64,000 nucleotides of DNA from Eledone cirrhosa (Eukaryota): the NCBI GenBank assembly GCA_964016885.1, contig OZ024743.1, positions 359,600,001 to 359,664,000 on the forward strand, written 5' to 3'. Below, piece by piece: positions 26,947 through 40,193 of this stretch (positions within the stretch are counted from its first letter, which is position 1; each line of letters begins with the position of its first letter). The position numbers and the translations under genes were made by a program. Below the pieces are notes generated by a model. That model did no database searches and had not been told where the DNA came from. It saw only the letters and a list, made by a program, of their open reading frames with translations.

Positions 26947-27636
26947 CACCACAAGTTAAAACATAACTGAAAACAATCCCCCCCCCCCATCCCCCCACAC
27001 AGAAAACAAATACAATAACACCCACACCACAAACACGAGCCGAAAATGTACCCCTCCCCTCGAATACGGAAGACGACCCCTTTCGACGTCAGACGAGGGG
27101 GGGGGGGGGGGGTGACATTTTCATAAAGTTAAAAGAAAAAAAAGAAAACACACCACAGGAACACAAATACAAATAACCCCTCCCCAATACATAACACATA
27201 CATCAACAAAAAAAAAAAACACACAACAACAGCAAACAATAAACATCACACAAAAAGAAAAATATGCATACACTTACATGAACACAATAAACAAAAAACC
27301 GTTATACGTTATTTATAATAACAACTTAACAAAAACCGAAGGTTCGAATTTCGCACAAGCAACGGGGCTTCCCCATCTAAAAATGATAAAAGCCCCAATG
27401 GACATTTACAAAACGTTAAAAGACACTTTTAAAGAGGACGTGCCCCCCCCTGCGTCAGACCCTTTAACCGTGTCCTCCTAAAAAATCCCCCCCCAGCCAC
27501 CCACACAACTCGAAACACCCAAACCCCACCACACACTAATGCCCCTACACTTCCACAAACCACCACCCAACCCAACAACCCTCCCCCCACCCTCATGGAA
27601 ATTGTGCAGCCCGGTCCCCGGGACGCAGACAGGTAA

Positions 27637-30600
27637 GTGCCTTTTCTCTTTACCACCAACATTGCTGTGTTGAGGGTAGGTTGTCTAAATGCGCGTGTCC
27701 TGGGCTCACCTTGGAAGCAAGCAATGTTTCTAAATGACCTCAGGTCACGATGTATAAATGTGATGGTTATTTGCGAGGCCCAGATCAGCAGTGTGCGACA
27801 GCTGGCCCCCACCTTTGATGACTTTGAGATGCACGGATCTCTCTCTCAGCCCGGATGTGTGGGTGGGGTTGTCGTTCTGCTGCAAAAACATCTGGGTCTC
27901 GCTACACAGACGGTACACTTGAAGCCGGAGGGTCGACTAGTGTTTCTGGACCTTGGCAGTGGTGAAGGTGGAGCTTTTAGGCTGGTCGCCGTCTACTGCC
28001 CTTTTGGGTCAATGTGGCCGGACTTCTTCCATCGTCTGGAGACTTTTAGTGGGGGACTGGAATGGTATCCTAGATGCACGTTGGGACTATGTAGGGGCAT
28101 GTCCTGATAGAGGGGCTTGTAACAGCCTCAAGGGGTTAATCGGCCAATTCGACCTGGCCGATAGATATCGACTAGATTTTCCGACTGTGCCAACCTGGAC
28201 TTGGACAAACCATAGCGGTCAATCTAGATCGTACCTAGATAGGTTCTTAGTTAGAAATAAGGATAGGGACCTTTTAAGTTGTCCAAAAATGCTCATGGTT
28301 GGCTATTAAGACCACAAGTTAGTGACCTCCATGGTCAACCTTGATAGAACGCATAGACAGGGACCCGGTTACTGGAAGCTCAACTTGTCCTTACCGGCAA
28401 GTAAAGCTTACAGGGACCGGATTAGTACTTTAGTTAAGGAGCGGTTGACGGGCGCAATCGTCAACAGCAGGTGGTGGGGCTCTCTCAAAAGAGAGATTAG
28501 AGATTGGACCAAAGCTGTTCGCTCGGCCCGCGTGACAGAAGCCAAAAGTGGGATTAGATCCACTATCCGGTCTTTGCGAGACCAGGATGGAGGGGAGATC
28601 CTTGAACCTAAGCAGATGTGCGGGGCCTTTCAAAGGCACTTTGCCCGATTGTTTGGAAGGGGCGAGGGGCCGGTTGGGGATGTGGACTTCGGTCCATACC
28701 TCGACGGCCTGCCGCCTCTTTCGGACGAGGAGGCGAAGTCCTGCGAGGGGCCGATCTCAGCTGCTGAAATAGGGGACGTGCTGAGCAAATGGGACAGATG
28801 CAAATCCCCGGGCCTCGATGGTCTTCCATACGAACTGTATTTAAGTATGATGGACTTGTTCTTCAATCTCCTCGAGGCTATCTACTGCAACTGGCAACAG
28901 AACGGGAGAATTCCCTCTTCTGTGACCAAGGGCGTAGTCTCGCTAGTGAAGAAGGACGAGAAGAAGGGGGATGAAATAAGTAATTTCAGGCCCATAACTC
29001 TGCTAAATGCAGAGTTAAAGATTTTGGCCAAGGTGTTAGCAAAGAGGTTGGCGCTTGTCGTGGGCAACCTGGTGGGTGATGTGCAGACATGCGCCACCCG
29101 TCCAGGTCCATTCACGACAACCTCCACCTCATGCGATACATTATAGAGAGGGTTGGGAACGAACCCGGCTTTGGTGGGGCCCTGATCAACTTGGATCAAT
29201 CTAAGGCGTTCGATAGGGTCGACCACCGTTACCTGAATGCGGTGCTAGTGGCGGCAGGTTTCGGACCCGTTTTCAGGGGCTGAATCACTGCCATGCACAG
29301 TAACCGCACCTACTCTAGGGTCAATGTGAACGGCTAACTCTCGGAGCCGTTCGAAATCACGCGGTCCATCCGACAGGGATCCCCTCTCTCCTCCCTTCTG
29401 TATGCATTGACCCTAGAACCACTGATGCGGAAGTTGGAGTTGTTACAGGCCATCCCTTTGGAACCGGCATTGCGGAAAGCGATGTCGGCCTACGCAGATG
29501 ACGTGACAGTAATGGTGTCAACCGCCTCGGAAATCGGGGTGATCGGCACCTTACTGGAGGAATACGAAAAGTTTACAGGGCTAAGATGAACCGGGACAAG
29601 TCAGTCGGTTTGCAACCCGGCAAGTGGTGGGGAAAACCGATGGCCTCCAACAGCGTCGTCGGACGTTGGACGGAGGGCCCGGTGAAGCTGCTCAGGGTCT
29701 GGTTCGGGCCAGACCTCCAGGTGGAGAAGAACTGGAGTGAGGTATCGAACAGGGTGTTTGCGCTGACGCAGAGGTGGGCTGAGTGCAAACTATCCCTGAA
29801 AGGTCGGGCGGAGGTGGCGAACGCTTATATAGCGTCCGTCATCTATTACCGGCTGACCGTCGTGCCTTGCCCAAGGGAAACGCTCACCAAAATGGAGCGC
29901 GCACTCTTCCAATTCCTTTGGAAGAAGCGGGCTCCTTTGGTGAGGAGTTCCATCTACTGTCAACACCCTTCGAAAGGAGGGCTGGGGATGCCGTGGCTGC
30001 TGATGCGTAAACACGCATTAAGGCTACGGCCGCGCCAGGTATTCCTCACCGGTCAACCGGCGTGGGCCCCGTTTGTGAGGCGAGCCTTTCCGAGACTCGT
30101 CTCGCTCACCGAGCTGCAGTCCTGGGTCAAGCAAAGACCGAGAAAACTGGGCGCCTGGCACACCGAGTGTGCCCAGGTGCTCACGGCTCTCTGGCAGGCG
30201 GACCCGGCTATCGGTGGAGACTCCACCTCGTCATTCTATAGAGGGCTGGTGGTAAGTAGGGGCGACGACGCCCTTGGAGAAGCCCTAGGCATGGAAGAAG
30301 ACCAACTGGCCAGCCTATTCGGGAGGACATTTGCCCCGGGACATATGGACAACTTCCAGAGGTCCCTGGCCTGGCAGTGCTACCGAGGGGCGCTGTCCGT
30401 TCGAGAAAAGCTCTACAGACACGGGCGCCCGAGTAGGAACCCCTCGAAAAAGATCTGTCCCAGATGCGTGCGCGACGACGAAACCGTCTCGCACGCATTG
30501 GTACACTGCTCGGGCGTTGCCGATCTGTAGGGCTATGTCGAACGACTGCTGTCACGGGTGGGACCAATCCGGTTGACCACCGAGTCCATTGTAACGATCA

Positions 30601-30700
30601 AGCCGCCTCTTCACTTCAAAAATGAAGGCGAGGCGGTCTTCCTCAGCCATGGTGAAAGAGGTGGTATGGTGGACACGTTTGAAAGGATACCATTTTAAGG
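27637..30700 (+). pseudogene. Tx1-like ORF2 (AP endonuclease + reverse transcriptase), multiple frameshifts
   Basis: Consecutive ORFs 27637-28107, 27953-28309, 28322-29146, 29089-29283, 29407-29589, 29586-30530. Confidence 0.9.
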
Positions 30701-33304
30701 ATGGAGAGAGAGAGAGGCAAGTTTTATGAAAGGTGGGTGAAAGTAGTGAGAATGGCCCGTGTGAATGGGCCTTCTCTCTTTATCAGCCTGTAGGTGGAAA
30801 GGTGGAAGTTCAGAGGAGCACCCCTCTCCTCTCTGTGCTCCTAAGGGAAAGGGTTGTACACTTTTTCGGGGGTGTGTGTAACCCCCAAAACGCCTCCTCC
30901 CTATTGAGGACTGTATTGTTAATTTTATATTTGTTTTTTTTTTTTACTCGTTCCTTTATGTAAACTCCCTCCCTTCTTGTATTTGTCCCCTTCTTTTGTG
31001 CCTTCGTACCAAATAAATAGAAACTTGTCTATCTATCTATCTATCTATCTGGATATCCATCTATTTATTTATCTATCTATCTATCTTTCTCTTTCTCTGT
31101 TTACACACACAGACATACACACCCACACATACATATATATATTATACTCATATATATATATATATATACATGTAAATATAATCTAAACATACAAGCGCAC
31201 TCCCACACACAAGCACACATACAACTACCACATATACACATACACTTACCCAATATCACACACGCATATATACATATGTACATATATTATAATGCACCTC
31301 CAACGTTATGTATCAAAGAAGCTGTCAGCATAGCTTCTTCACTGAAGGGTTTAACATTCCATAACTTCAGACATTTAAACCGATATAATGATGTATACAA
31401 TTTTAAACTGCTATGATATTCTATTAAATGCTTTTTCGTGGCTGGTAAAGTAACTAAATTCAGCTCAAGATTCAGAACTATAATTATCAGGTTCTATAAA
31501 AAGAAATGTCGACATTTTACTAGCGATATATTGCAAATTGAAAGCATTAAATAACCCTTTGTAGTTAAGTAAGGCATTGTACAAATTTACTATTTCACAC
31601 GTTGACAAAATAAAAGAAACTACAAAAGGAAACCAATACCAACCACAACGGCAAAATATATAAATAAAAATCGAAACACTTAACATATACCATACATAAC
31701 TAAAAAGATGTTCGCTACTAAAATGATCACACGAAACATAAATTCCTTAGTGACGCACAATTTAATGAATCGTTCTACAAAATAAGTTTTCAACATATGA
31801 ACAATGTACAATGATGAAAGCTATAATATAAAGCTTCTTTGTTTATAAAATATTCCATATGTCGTGACATTATGAAAGCTAAAAGCCAAAAAAAAAAAAA
31901 ATAATAAAAATAAAATTCAAATAATAATAATAAAGAAACATTTTGTTGAAATTGCTTGAAGATTTGTACTTGTATTTGTAGCAAGTCTATTTCCAATAAA
32001 ATTAGTCGCTGAAGAGGTAGTTTGAAAGGAATGAAGCTAAAATGAAAGACTGCAATAAATAATGGTAAAACCCAAGAGTTTTGATTAATGAAGCCACGTT
32101 AGACTCTGACAGCATTAAAAGAATTTGAAACAATAACAAATTATTCAGTTTGCTACCTATTGTTGAATATAGTTTTACAACGGACTTAATGACGATGAAA
32201 TTAATGTTTCAATTAAGGAGATATAGAAGTGTGGAATGAAAACGAAGATTAAGGAACTAGAGAGAAAATAATTTTGATTAATCACACATTAAGAAAAAAG
32301 AAATTGCTTTGAATAAACGCATTAATTTTAGAAATCAAGAATCCTAAAAAATATGAGAAAGTATTTGTGGATGAAAGTCTAAATTAAAATAAATAACTAT
32401 TGCAATAATCTTGTATTTATGATGGAATCTGTGTTGCAGCTAACGGAATGTAAGAATGATTAAAACATATAAAGTTCAATGATACAGAATTATTAAAAAA
32501 CTTCCAGTCTATACAGGATAAGCTAGCTAAAGGTTAGAAGCTGGTAATTCGATATAATTTACTTTAATGTTGTGCTTCTAGTAATTAAAAAAAACGGCAA
32601 CATACTAGATGTGGATGAAAATAGATTTAATCAAATCTTCAGAACAATATTCTTGCATGTTTAAATATGTCCAGTAAGGCGGTGCCTTATATATCAAAAT
32701 CTACAATATCTGAATCTATCAATTTATAGACACGTAAATGATATGCACAAACTATGAATTACGTAATTATTTGTTCATCCCCAAATCATACATAATGCAT
32801 GAAATCAATAGAATAAAACCTCCCGAAACTATTTACAAGTATGTTTGGTAAATCTTGCGAAACATGCATTTTAATTCTCATTCGTTTCCATGATCGTAAA
32901 GATGAAATGGTATTCATTTATTTACAATGTCTGTAATTTACGAAAAAAGAGGGATAGATATTTTTGAATGTACATCCCTAGAACTGTGTAACTTAAATAG
33001 AGGTACTGTCATTCGTTTAAACCTTATCAATTTGCAAATATTTAATTCAGAAACGTTGACTTGTTTTTCATTTCTACAAAGCAGTCCTAAGTACACAGGT
33101 ATGAAGGAATGAGATGACATGATATTCATACCTTCCCCAAGAGAAGTAACAATACGGTGGTTTTGAAATATACTTTACCTTGCAAGCAAAACAATACCTG
33201 GTGGTAGGAACAATGATCAATGCTAGTTAACGACAAACAGAACAAAAAGGTAAATCAAGTTGGTGGCATTGTATATGGGTTTAAATGTTCGTCCTTTATT
33301 ATAA

Positions 33305-33527
33305 GCCGTGGTCAGTGCCGCATCGTCAGAGCATCGGACGAAATATCATGCGGTATTGGGGTACAGCTCTTTACTATGTGAGTCAATATTCCACTGAGGA
33401 CAACATTACTTTTTCTCATACCTGGGTCGTTAAAATAAAGCGCTGGTCAAATACTGCGATCGATTTAATCGACTTTTTTTCTCTCTAATCGCATTGCTAA
33501 CTTTGTACCTAAATCAGAAACTATTAT
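33305..33527 (+). mobile_element. Old diverged tRNA-SINE (long form)
   Basis: GGGTCGTTAAAATAAAG..GATCGATTTAATCGACTT..AGAAACTATTAT. Confidence 0.6.
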
Positions 33528-34451
33528 AAACATTAGCTACAATAAGTGAGCTGAAGTGAGAGCGAATTGCAATGTGAGTGATATGAAGAGGGGCGTTGAG
33601 ACCAACTTGTATGATATGATATCAAAATCTAAGGGAAATGTGAGATATAACGAATTATGTGTTAATATCATAATCTATAATTCATTTATATTTTCATAGA
33701 ATATAATAGTCCGTGTTCATTTTAACTCCTCTGGAAAGAAAATTTGGTTTAGTACTTTACGTCGTTTGAAGTGAGTAATACCAAGCGAGTAATTAAAATC
33801 TGATGTAATAAATGTTGCATTATTAAGTTGATAATTTTATATCACTGGTAGTTATAGTCAAAAGGCTCTTTAGATAATGTTTACACTTTTTACAAAGAGT
33901 GTTTGCAAAGACATACAGGGAAAACTTGAAAGTTGACAAAAACAGAGATTCTAGTGGGAATAAAATCGGTATATACGTTGGTGATGCCCCAGTATATTTA
34001 CTACTATGCCACAAAACATTGTGAAAGCCACTAACTGTCTGTTTGACTATCTGAAAATGATAGCCAAATACTTCCCCACCTCAAATGTAACAGTAGAGCC
34101 TTTAACAAGAAAAATACATTGAAAACTATGTAGACGTAGATAACCCTTTATACATCAAAACAGCAAGTTTCATATGTTCTTTTTTTAAAAAATATTCTAT
34201 GCATGCATAAACAGATGATCCTTTTAGCTTTTACTCTCAATTTCAATTTTAATTTGTGATTTAATCACGAATATTTCATTGTTATTCCGATTCTTAAAGC
34301 TTGTAATCTTGACTACAATAAATAGCTATAATCTCAACAACTAAGCTCTATAAGAATATGAATGGTGTATTGCTAGAGGTAAATCATTTATTCAGAAATA
34401 GTTCAAGTACAGTCCTTTAGTTTGTCCGGTGACAATTCTGTCCATTTTAAC

Positions 34452-34453
<2 letters not shown>

Positions 34454-34482
<29 letters not shown>

Positions 34483-36310
34483 CTTCTTCTTCTTCTTCTT
34501 CTTGAGAGGATTGCGAGGCCAGAGTCCTCGAAAACCCATTCTAGAGGGTCCTGTCAGAAGCAACTGTCTCCAAGCAAGACCAGCCGAGTCTATCGATGTT
34601 ATCCAAACATGTTGTACTGCGTCTACCTTTGGGTCTCCTGCCGTAGTATCGGAACTGTGATGTCTGAATTCGGAGACGTAGTGGCTCTACGTGGAGTTAC
34701 TCTCTGGTCTCCGGGTTACGCATCTATCGCGTAATGTTACTCCAAAGACACTTAAGAGGAACTCCGTTTCGGTCATTTGTATTCATTACCAAAGATTTAT
34801 GGGTAAAGGTTGACACGAGGTCGAATTGAAGATAACGAGTTTGGGATTTACACCTACCTCACTTCTGTTTACCGATTCATGAAGCTAGTGGATTACTGCA
34901 CCAGCTTCTGCAATTCTTAATTCAGCCTCCTGCCGTATACCACTCCCAAGGTACTTGGACTTCTCCATCCTTTTCAGTGAAATTCCATTCACATATAGAA
35001 TGCACTGCGCACGCTTCCTTTAGAGAACGCGTGCCTCAGTCTTTGCAGATTTTCATTCCAGCCATGCGGCACTCGGCAGCAAATCTATCAAGTGCATGGA
35101 AATCGCCTTCAAAGGAGTTAGGTAGTAACATGTCGACTTCAAATTCCATCCGACTGATTCTATATCCGCCAGTCGTGATACCTCTTCCAAACCGGCATCG
35201 TGTAAAGATCATGAACAGCAGATGTTACAGTTAGCACCCCTGGGCGAGTCAGATACCCACGTTGAATGGTTTCAACGTAGTACTATTTATCTGAATACTC
35301 AGGCTTTCGTATAATTACGAATGCCTTTTCGGTGTCTACAAAGCAAGAATACACCTCTTGGCAGTACTCACACGATTTCACGAAGACCTACTACAGTGTG
35401 AAAATTTGGTCGGCTGTGCTGCGTAAGGAGCGATAACCACAGTATTCATTAGCTTGATTGGACTCGACAATCTCCGTGCATCCCTTTGACAGACAATAAG
35501 CATAGACTTTACAAGGGAGTCTTAATAAGGAGAACCCTATAATTGGAGCAATCTCTCTTGTCTCCTTTTTGGAAATTGGGATGATCATCCCTAATTGCCA
35601 TTGATTAGAGGCCTATCCAGAGATCCAGACCACCCGACACATGGGTCAGCCAGAGAACACGTTCTCTATTTATGGCTTTTAACATCTCGGGCCGAATTTC
35701 ATCCTAGCCATTTATCTCTACCAGATGCAACTCGCGCACATCATAAGATACTATAGTGATTGGGTTTAGGAGATCAGCAAAGTATTCTCCACCTCACGAG
35801 GATGCACTTCTCTAAAGAGAAGAAAGCCACACGCGTTCTTGATAGCGGGTATGGAGGAAAGCTTTTTATTACGAAGTCGGCGGATGGCCTGCCAGACGCT
35901 TTATTTGCTGACCTGAAGTCTGATTCCAGTTTAATCCCAAAGCCCTCCCATGTCTTAACTTTGGACACCATTAGTGTCTATTTTTGGACCTTTAGCGTCT
36001 GCTTGTCAGCTGAAGCAGAAACTGGTGATTTATACAGTCTCCCCTCCGTCTCAATGGCCTCCGTGCGTTCTGCGAGTTCTCTGATTTTAGATGGAATTGT
36101 ATCTGCATACCCTGTCCTGACTTCTTTATCCTCCCACGTTTCCCTCTGTATCAGTGTCACCCATTGCACCATCTCCCCTAGAAGTTTACAATTGCTGTTT
36201 AGGGGTTGCTTATTCGTCAGGCGGGTGCCCGTTTATATCGCAACTAACCATCATATCTGTTGACCGTATCGCTATCCGCAACATGCAACCCGTTCTCTAG
36301 CAGATCCCTC
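34454..36310 (-). mobile_element. Decayed RTE-like LINE remnant with (AAG)n 3' tail
   Basis: IIPISKK..FSLLRLPCKVYA..CGYRSLRSTADQIFTL RT motifs; KSKYLG thumb-like segment; (CTT)n at 34454-34503. Confidence 0.7.
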
Positions 36311-36622
36311 TTCTACAAAAGATTAAATTTGGTGTTATTCTTTTATTCTGTTACTGGTTTTATTCACTAGGCTGCTGCCATGCTGAGGCCTCACTTTGAT
36401 TTCGTCGATCATATCGACTGCAGTACTCATTTTACGAAGTATGGTACTTATTTTAACGATACCTTTTGTTTCGGGTGGAACCGGTGTGTTGCGGGACATA
36501 AACACCGACACTAACGTAAATACAGACACAGACGGACACACACACACCCGCACACGAGCGCACACACACACACACACGCACGCACGTACACACACACACA
36601 CACACACACGCATATATATATT

Positions 36623-36681
<59 letters not shown>

Positions 36682-36690
36682 ATATATATT

Positions 36691-36759
<69 letters not shown>

Positions 36760-36776
36760 TTATATATATATATATT

Positions 36777-36818
<42 letters not shown>

Positions 36819-36834
36819 CATATATATATATATT

Positions 36835-36913
<79 letters not shown>

Positions 36914-36914
36914 T

Positions 36915-36960
<46 letters not shown>

Positions 36961-36979
36961 CATATATATATATATATGT

Positions 36980-39714
36980 ATGTATGTGCGTACCTATGTT
37001 TGTTTTCTTTTCTCTAGTGTTAATTGATTACTTTCTCTTTGATTTAAAAAAATGTTTTCAATCTCATATATTGTTTCATTTTTATACATATATCGAGAAT
37101 GACACTTCTTTTTACTATTACACTCCCTTCCCTCTTTATCTTCCGCATATAAGTGACCGAGGTGTGTGTGTGTTTATACGCGTGCTTTCATACTCGTATG
37201 TGTATTTAATACCTGTATCTGGATGCGTGTCAACTATATTATCATACAATTTCTTTTTCAACTCATATTATATACGTATTTGTGGTCACATATACACAAA
37301 TATACTTGCCCTCATATATGTACTTACGCACATATTTTCACAATACACATGCATTTGTACATACACGCATATGTACATTTGTGAGTGTATATACATACAT
37401 ATACACATACCCTAACTATATTTCCTTATATTTTTTTATATAATTTTTTCATATTTTTTTTATATATCTCCTGCATTACTTTTATTTATATATTTTTTGC
37501 ATTTCTTGAGGAGACTTTCCAAATATTTCACTATGTTATAAATTGCCTTGTCCGACGAACGAATGAGGACGTTTTTCGTATTCGTCTTATTCGGGAAACC
37601 TCTGGTAATGAGGTAATTATATTGTATTGTTTATTATACATTAAATTTTGCTCTGGTACTTACATAGAGCACTCTTCACACCTATGACTTTTTCAATTTC
37701 CAACGGAAACTTCAATACTTATACAGCTCCCAAGGGAATGATCGCAGCATATTCTACATTTTTATGAGATTGGCACCTTCCAGCCCTTTTAAAGTCGAGC
37801 ACTCTTCAGTCAATAGGATTTTAAACCAATACTGAACATCCTTTGGATTACTCTATCAAGAATATACCAACACCTTCTAACACTTCCTACACGAAAATGC
37901 TGATAGACAAAGTAGAGAAAGTTGTTAAAAGAATGAGATGGAAAGCTTTGATTCTCGATGGACACATTAACACGGACTCTACGGAATATTTTGATATCAA
38001 AACTCATAAATACCCGCAAAGAGTAAAAGATATGACCGCTTTTGAACTAGACTTAGTTAATCTAATCAACAATATCAATTTTCGTAAGTACTCTAACCCT
38101 TTTCAATCTAAACTATCTAATGATATTTCAATATTCAAATCTTCTAAAAATAAGTTCATTTTCTCCGACAAAACTAAAAACTTATACGAAGTTAATAATA
38201 ATTTACATGACCATCTCTTAATAGATAACATCACCTCTAAATACCAAATAGCTAATATAAACACGTATAATAATATAAATAAGGAAGCTAAAGAATTAGC
38301 TAGTTCTTTAAAAATAGATAATAGGACAGAAAAACTTGCTAAACGTAATGCATATATCACCCTTAAAGATTACAAACCTGACTTTATTAATCGTCCTAGT
38401 TGTAGATTAATCAACCCTGCTAAGACTGATATCGGTCTTGCCAGCAAAAAAATTAAAATAATATAAACACACAGATTAGAAGTAAGTCTGAATTACTCCA
38501 ATGGATAAATAGCTCTTCCGTAGTACATTGGTTTAATAATATTAAAGATAAAAATAGTTCTAGATTCACCCAATTTGACATTGTAGATTTCAACCCGTCT
38601 ATCTCTCAGACGCTTTTAGCGAAAGCCTTAAATTTCGCTAGAAAGTTTACCAATATTTCTGATATTGAAGAGAATGTCATCTTGCATGCTAGAAACACTC
38701 TACTCTTTACTGATAATGACACTTGGGTAAAAATATCTAACCCAGAGAACCCATTCGATGTCTCAAATGGGTTCTTTTGACAGTGCTGATGTTTGTGATT
38801 TAGTCGGCCTATTCCTCCTACACACACTTAAAGAAAAATTCCCTAACCATATTTTTGGGCTTTATCGCGACGATGGTCTAATACTTTCCCATACCACCAT
38901 AGGCCATAACTTAGATAGATTAAGGAAAGACTTAATAAAAACCTTCGCTAGTTTTAATCTTAAAATTACTATTGACACTAACCTTTCCAATGTTAATTTT
39001 CTAGATATAAACCTAGATTTGCCTACTGCTTCTTATAAACCATACCATAAATCTAATGAAAATTTAAAATATATAAATAAAGGCTCTTGCCATCCTCCTA
39101 TAGTTTTTAAAAACCTTATCCCTAATATTAGCCGTAGGATCTCCACCATCTCTTCCTCAGAAGCTATTTTCAATAAGGTATCCCCCTACTATAATAAAGC
39201 CCTTCAAAATAGCGGATTTAGCGAACCGATTAAGTACATACCCAACAATACTAACTCTTTTAAACATAATAATAGGAAAAGAAAAATAATCTGGTTCACA
39301 CACCCCTACTCTCTAGCAGTTAAAACTAATTTAGGCAAAAAATTCCTAGAGCTCTTAGATAAACATTTCCCTAGAACACATAGATACTATAAGATCTTCA
39401 ATAGAAACTGTGTCAAAATTAGCTACTCCTGCGGTCCCCCTATTAAATCTTATATCATCAATAAGAAATCACCCAGAGAACATCAAAATTGCTCCTTTAG
39501 AGTCAAAAGTGAATGTCATTACAAGGTAAATACAACACGAAAGCCATTGTATATGCGGCTAAAGTTACAACCATCAGCAACAACCAACCAGCCCCCAGCG
39601 AACGATATGTGGGTATGACACAAGACAAATTCAAAACGCGTTATTACTCACATGTCGCATCTTTCCGACATCCAGAAGAAAGATTCACAACAGCTCTGGC
39701 TAGCAGAATATTAT
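36980..39714 (+). mobile_element. Naiad-like Penelope element A (3'-truncated within GIY-YIG)
   Basis: YSIKNIPTP, KRMRWKA, SDKT, CRLINPAK, QFDIVDF, MGSFDSADVCDLVG, GLYRDDGL, KISYSC, YVGMTQDKFKTRY; upstream hammerhead. Confidence 0.9.
37541..37618 (+). ncRNA. Hammerhead motif in the Naiad A pseudo-LTR (CCGACGA core)
   Basis: 11-bp stem I AATTGCCTTGT/ATGAGGTAATT; long stem II CGAATGAGGACG/CGTCTTATTCG; GAAAC-CTCTG-GTA. Confidence 0.75.
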
Positions 39715-39936
39715 GGTGTGTGTATATATTTCTATATTTGTGCATGCGTATGTATGCGTGTATATATGTGTGTATGTATGTGTATGTATGTACGTGTGTA
39801 TATACGTATGATTGCGTGTATGTATGTATGTGTATGTATATATGTATGTATATGTATGTGTATATATATTTATATATATGTATGTGTGTATATATATGTA
39901 TGTGTGTGTATGTATGTATATATATATGTTTATGTG

Positions 39937-39967
<31 letters not shown>

Positions 39968-40146
39968 GCATGTATATGTGTGTGTGTATGCACGTTTGTG
40001 TATTTGTATGTATGTGTATGTATGGATATGTTGATATTTATGTGTGCATGTATGTATGTGTATATGTATGTGTATGTATATATATACACATATATATGTG
40101 TGTGTGTATGTATATGTGTGTGTGTATGTATGTGTGTATGTATATA

Positions 40147-40193
<47 letters not shown>

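Larger units (their letters stand above)
25509..31027 (+). mobile_element. Near full-length Tx1/L1-clade LINE (ORF1 zinc knuckle; ORF2 APE-RT), frameshifted
   Basis: ORF1 CYLCGGRGHLRAAC; ORF2 LRVGCLNAR, GDWN, SYLDRF, GPGYWKLN, KSPGLDGLPYELY, NFRPITLLNAELKILAKVLAKRL, DQSKAFDRVDH, YADD, CPRC..ETVSHALVHC; AATAAA at ~31012; (TCTA)n on both flanks. Confidence 0.92.

Noticed and set aside
32060-32210. Faint resemblance to a hAT transposase C-terminus
   Set aside because: Too degenerate; no TIRs or continuous frame.
33179-33222. Possible 44-nt minus-strand exon (LIIVPTTRYCFACK)
   Set aside because: Splice-like signals only; no homology or partner exons to support it.
36396-37415. 339-aa ORF and many similar YI/CV/HT-rich ORFs
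   Set aside because: Translations of (TA)n, (TG)n and (CA)n microsatellites.
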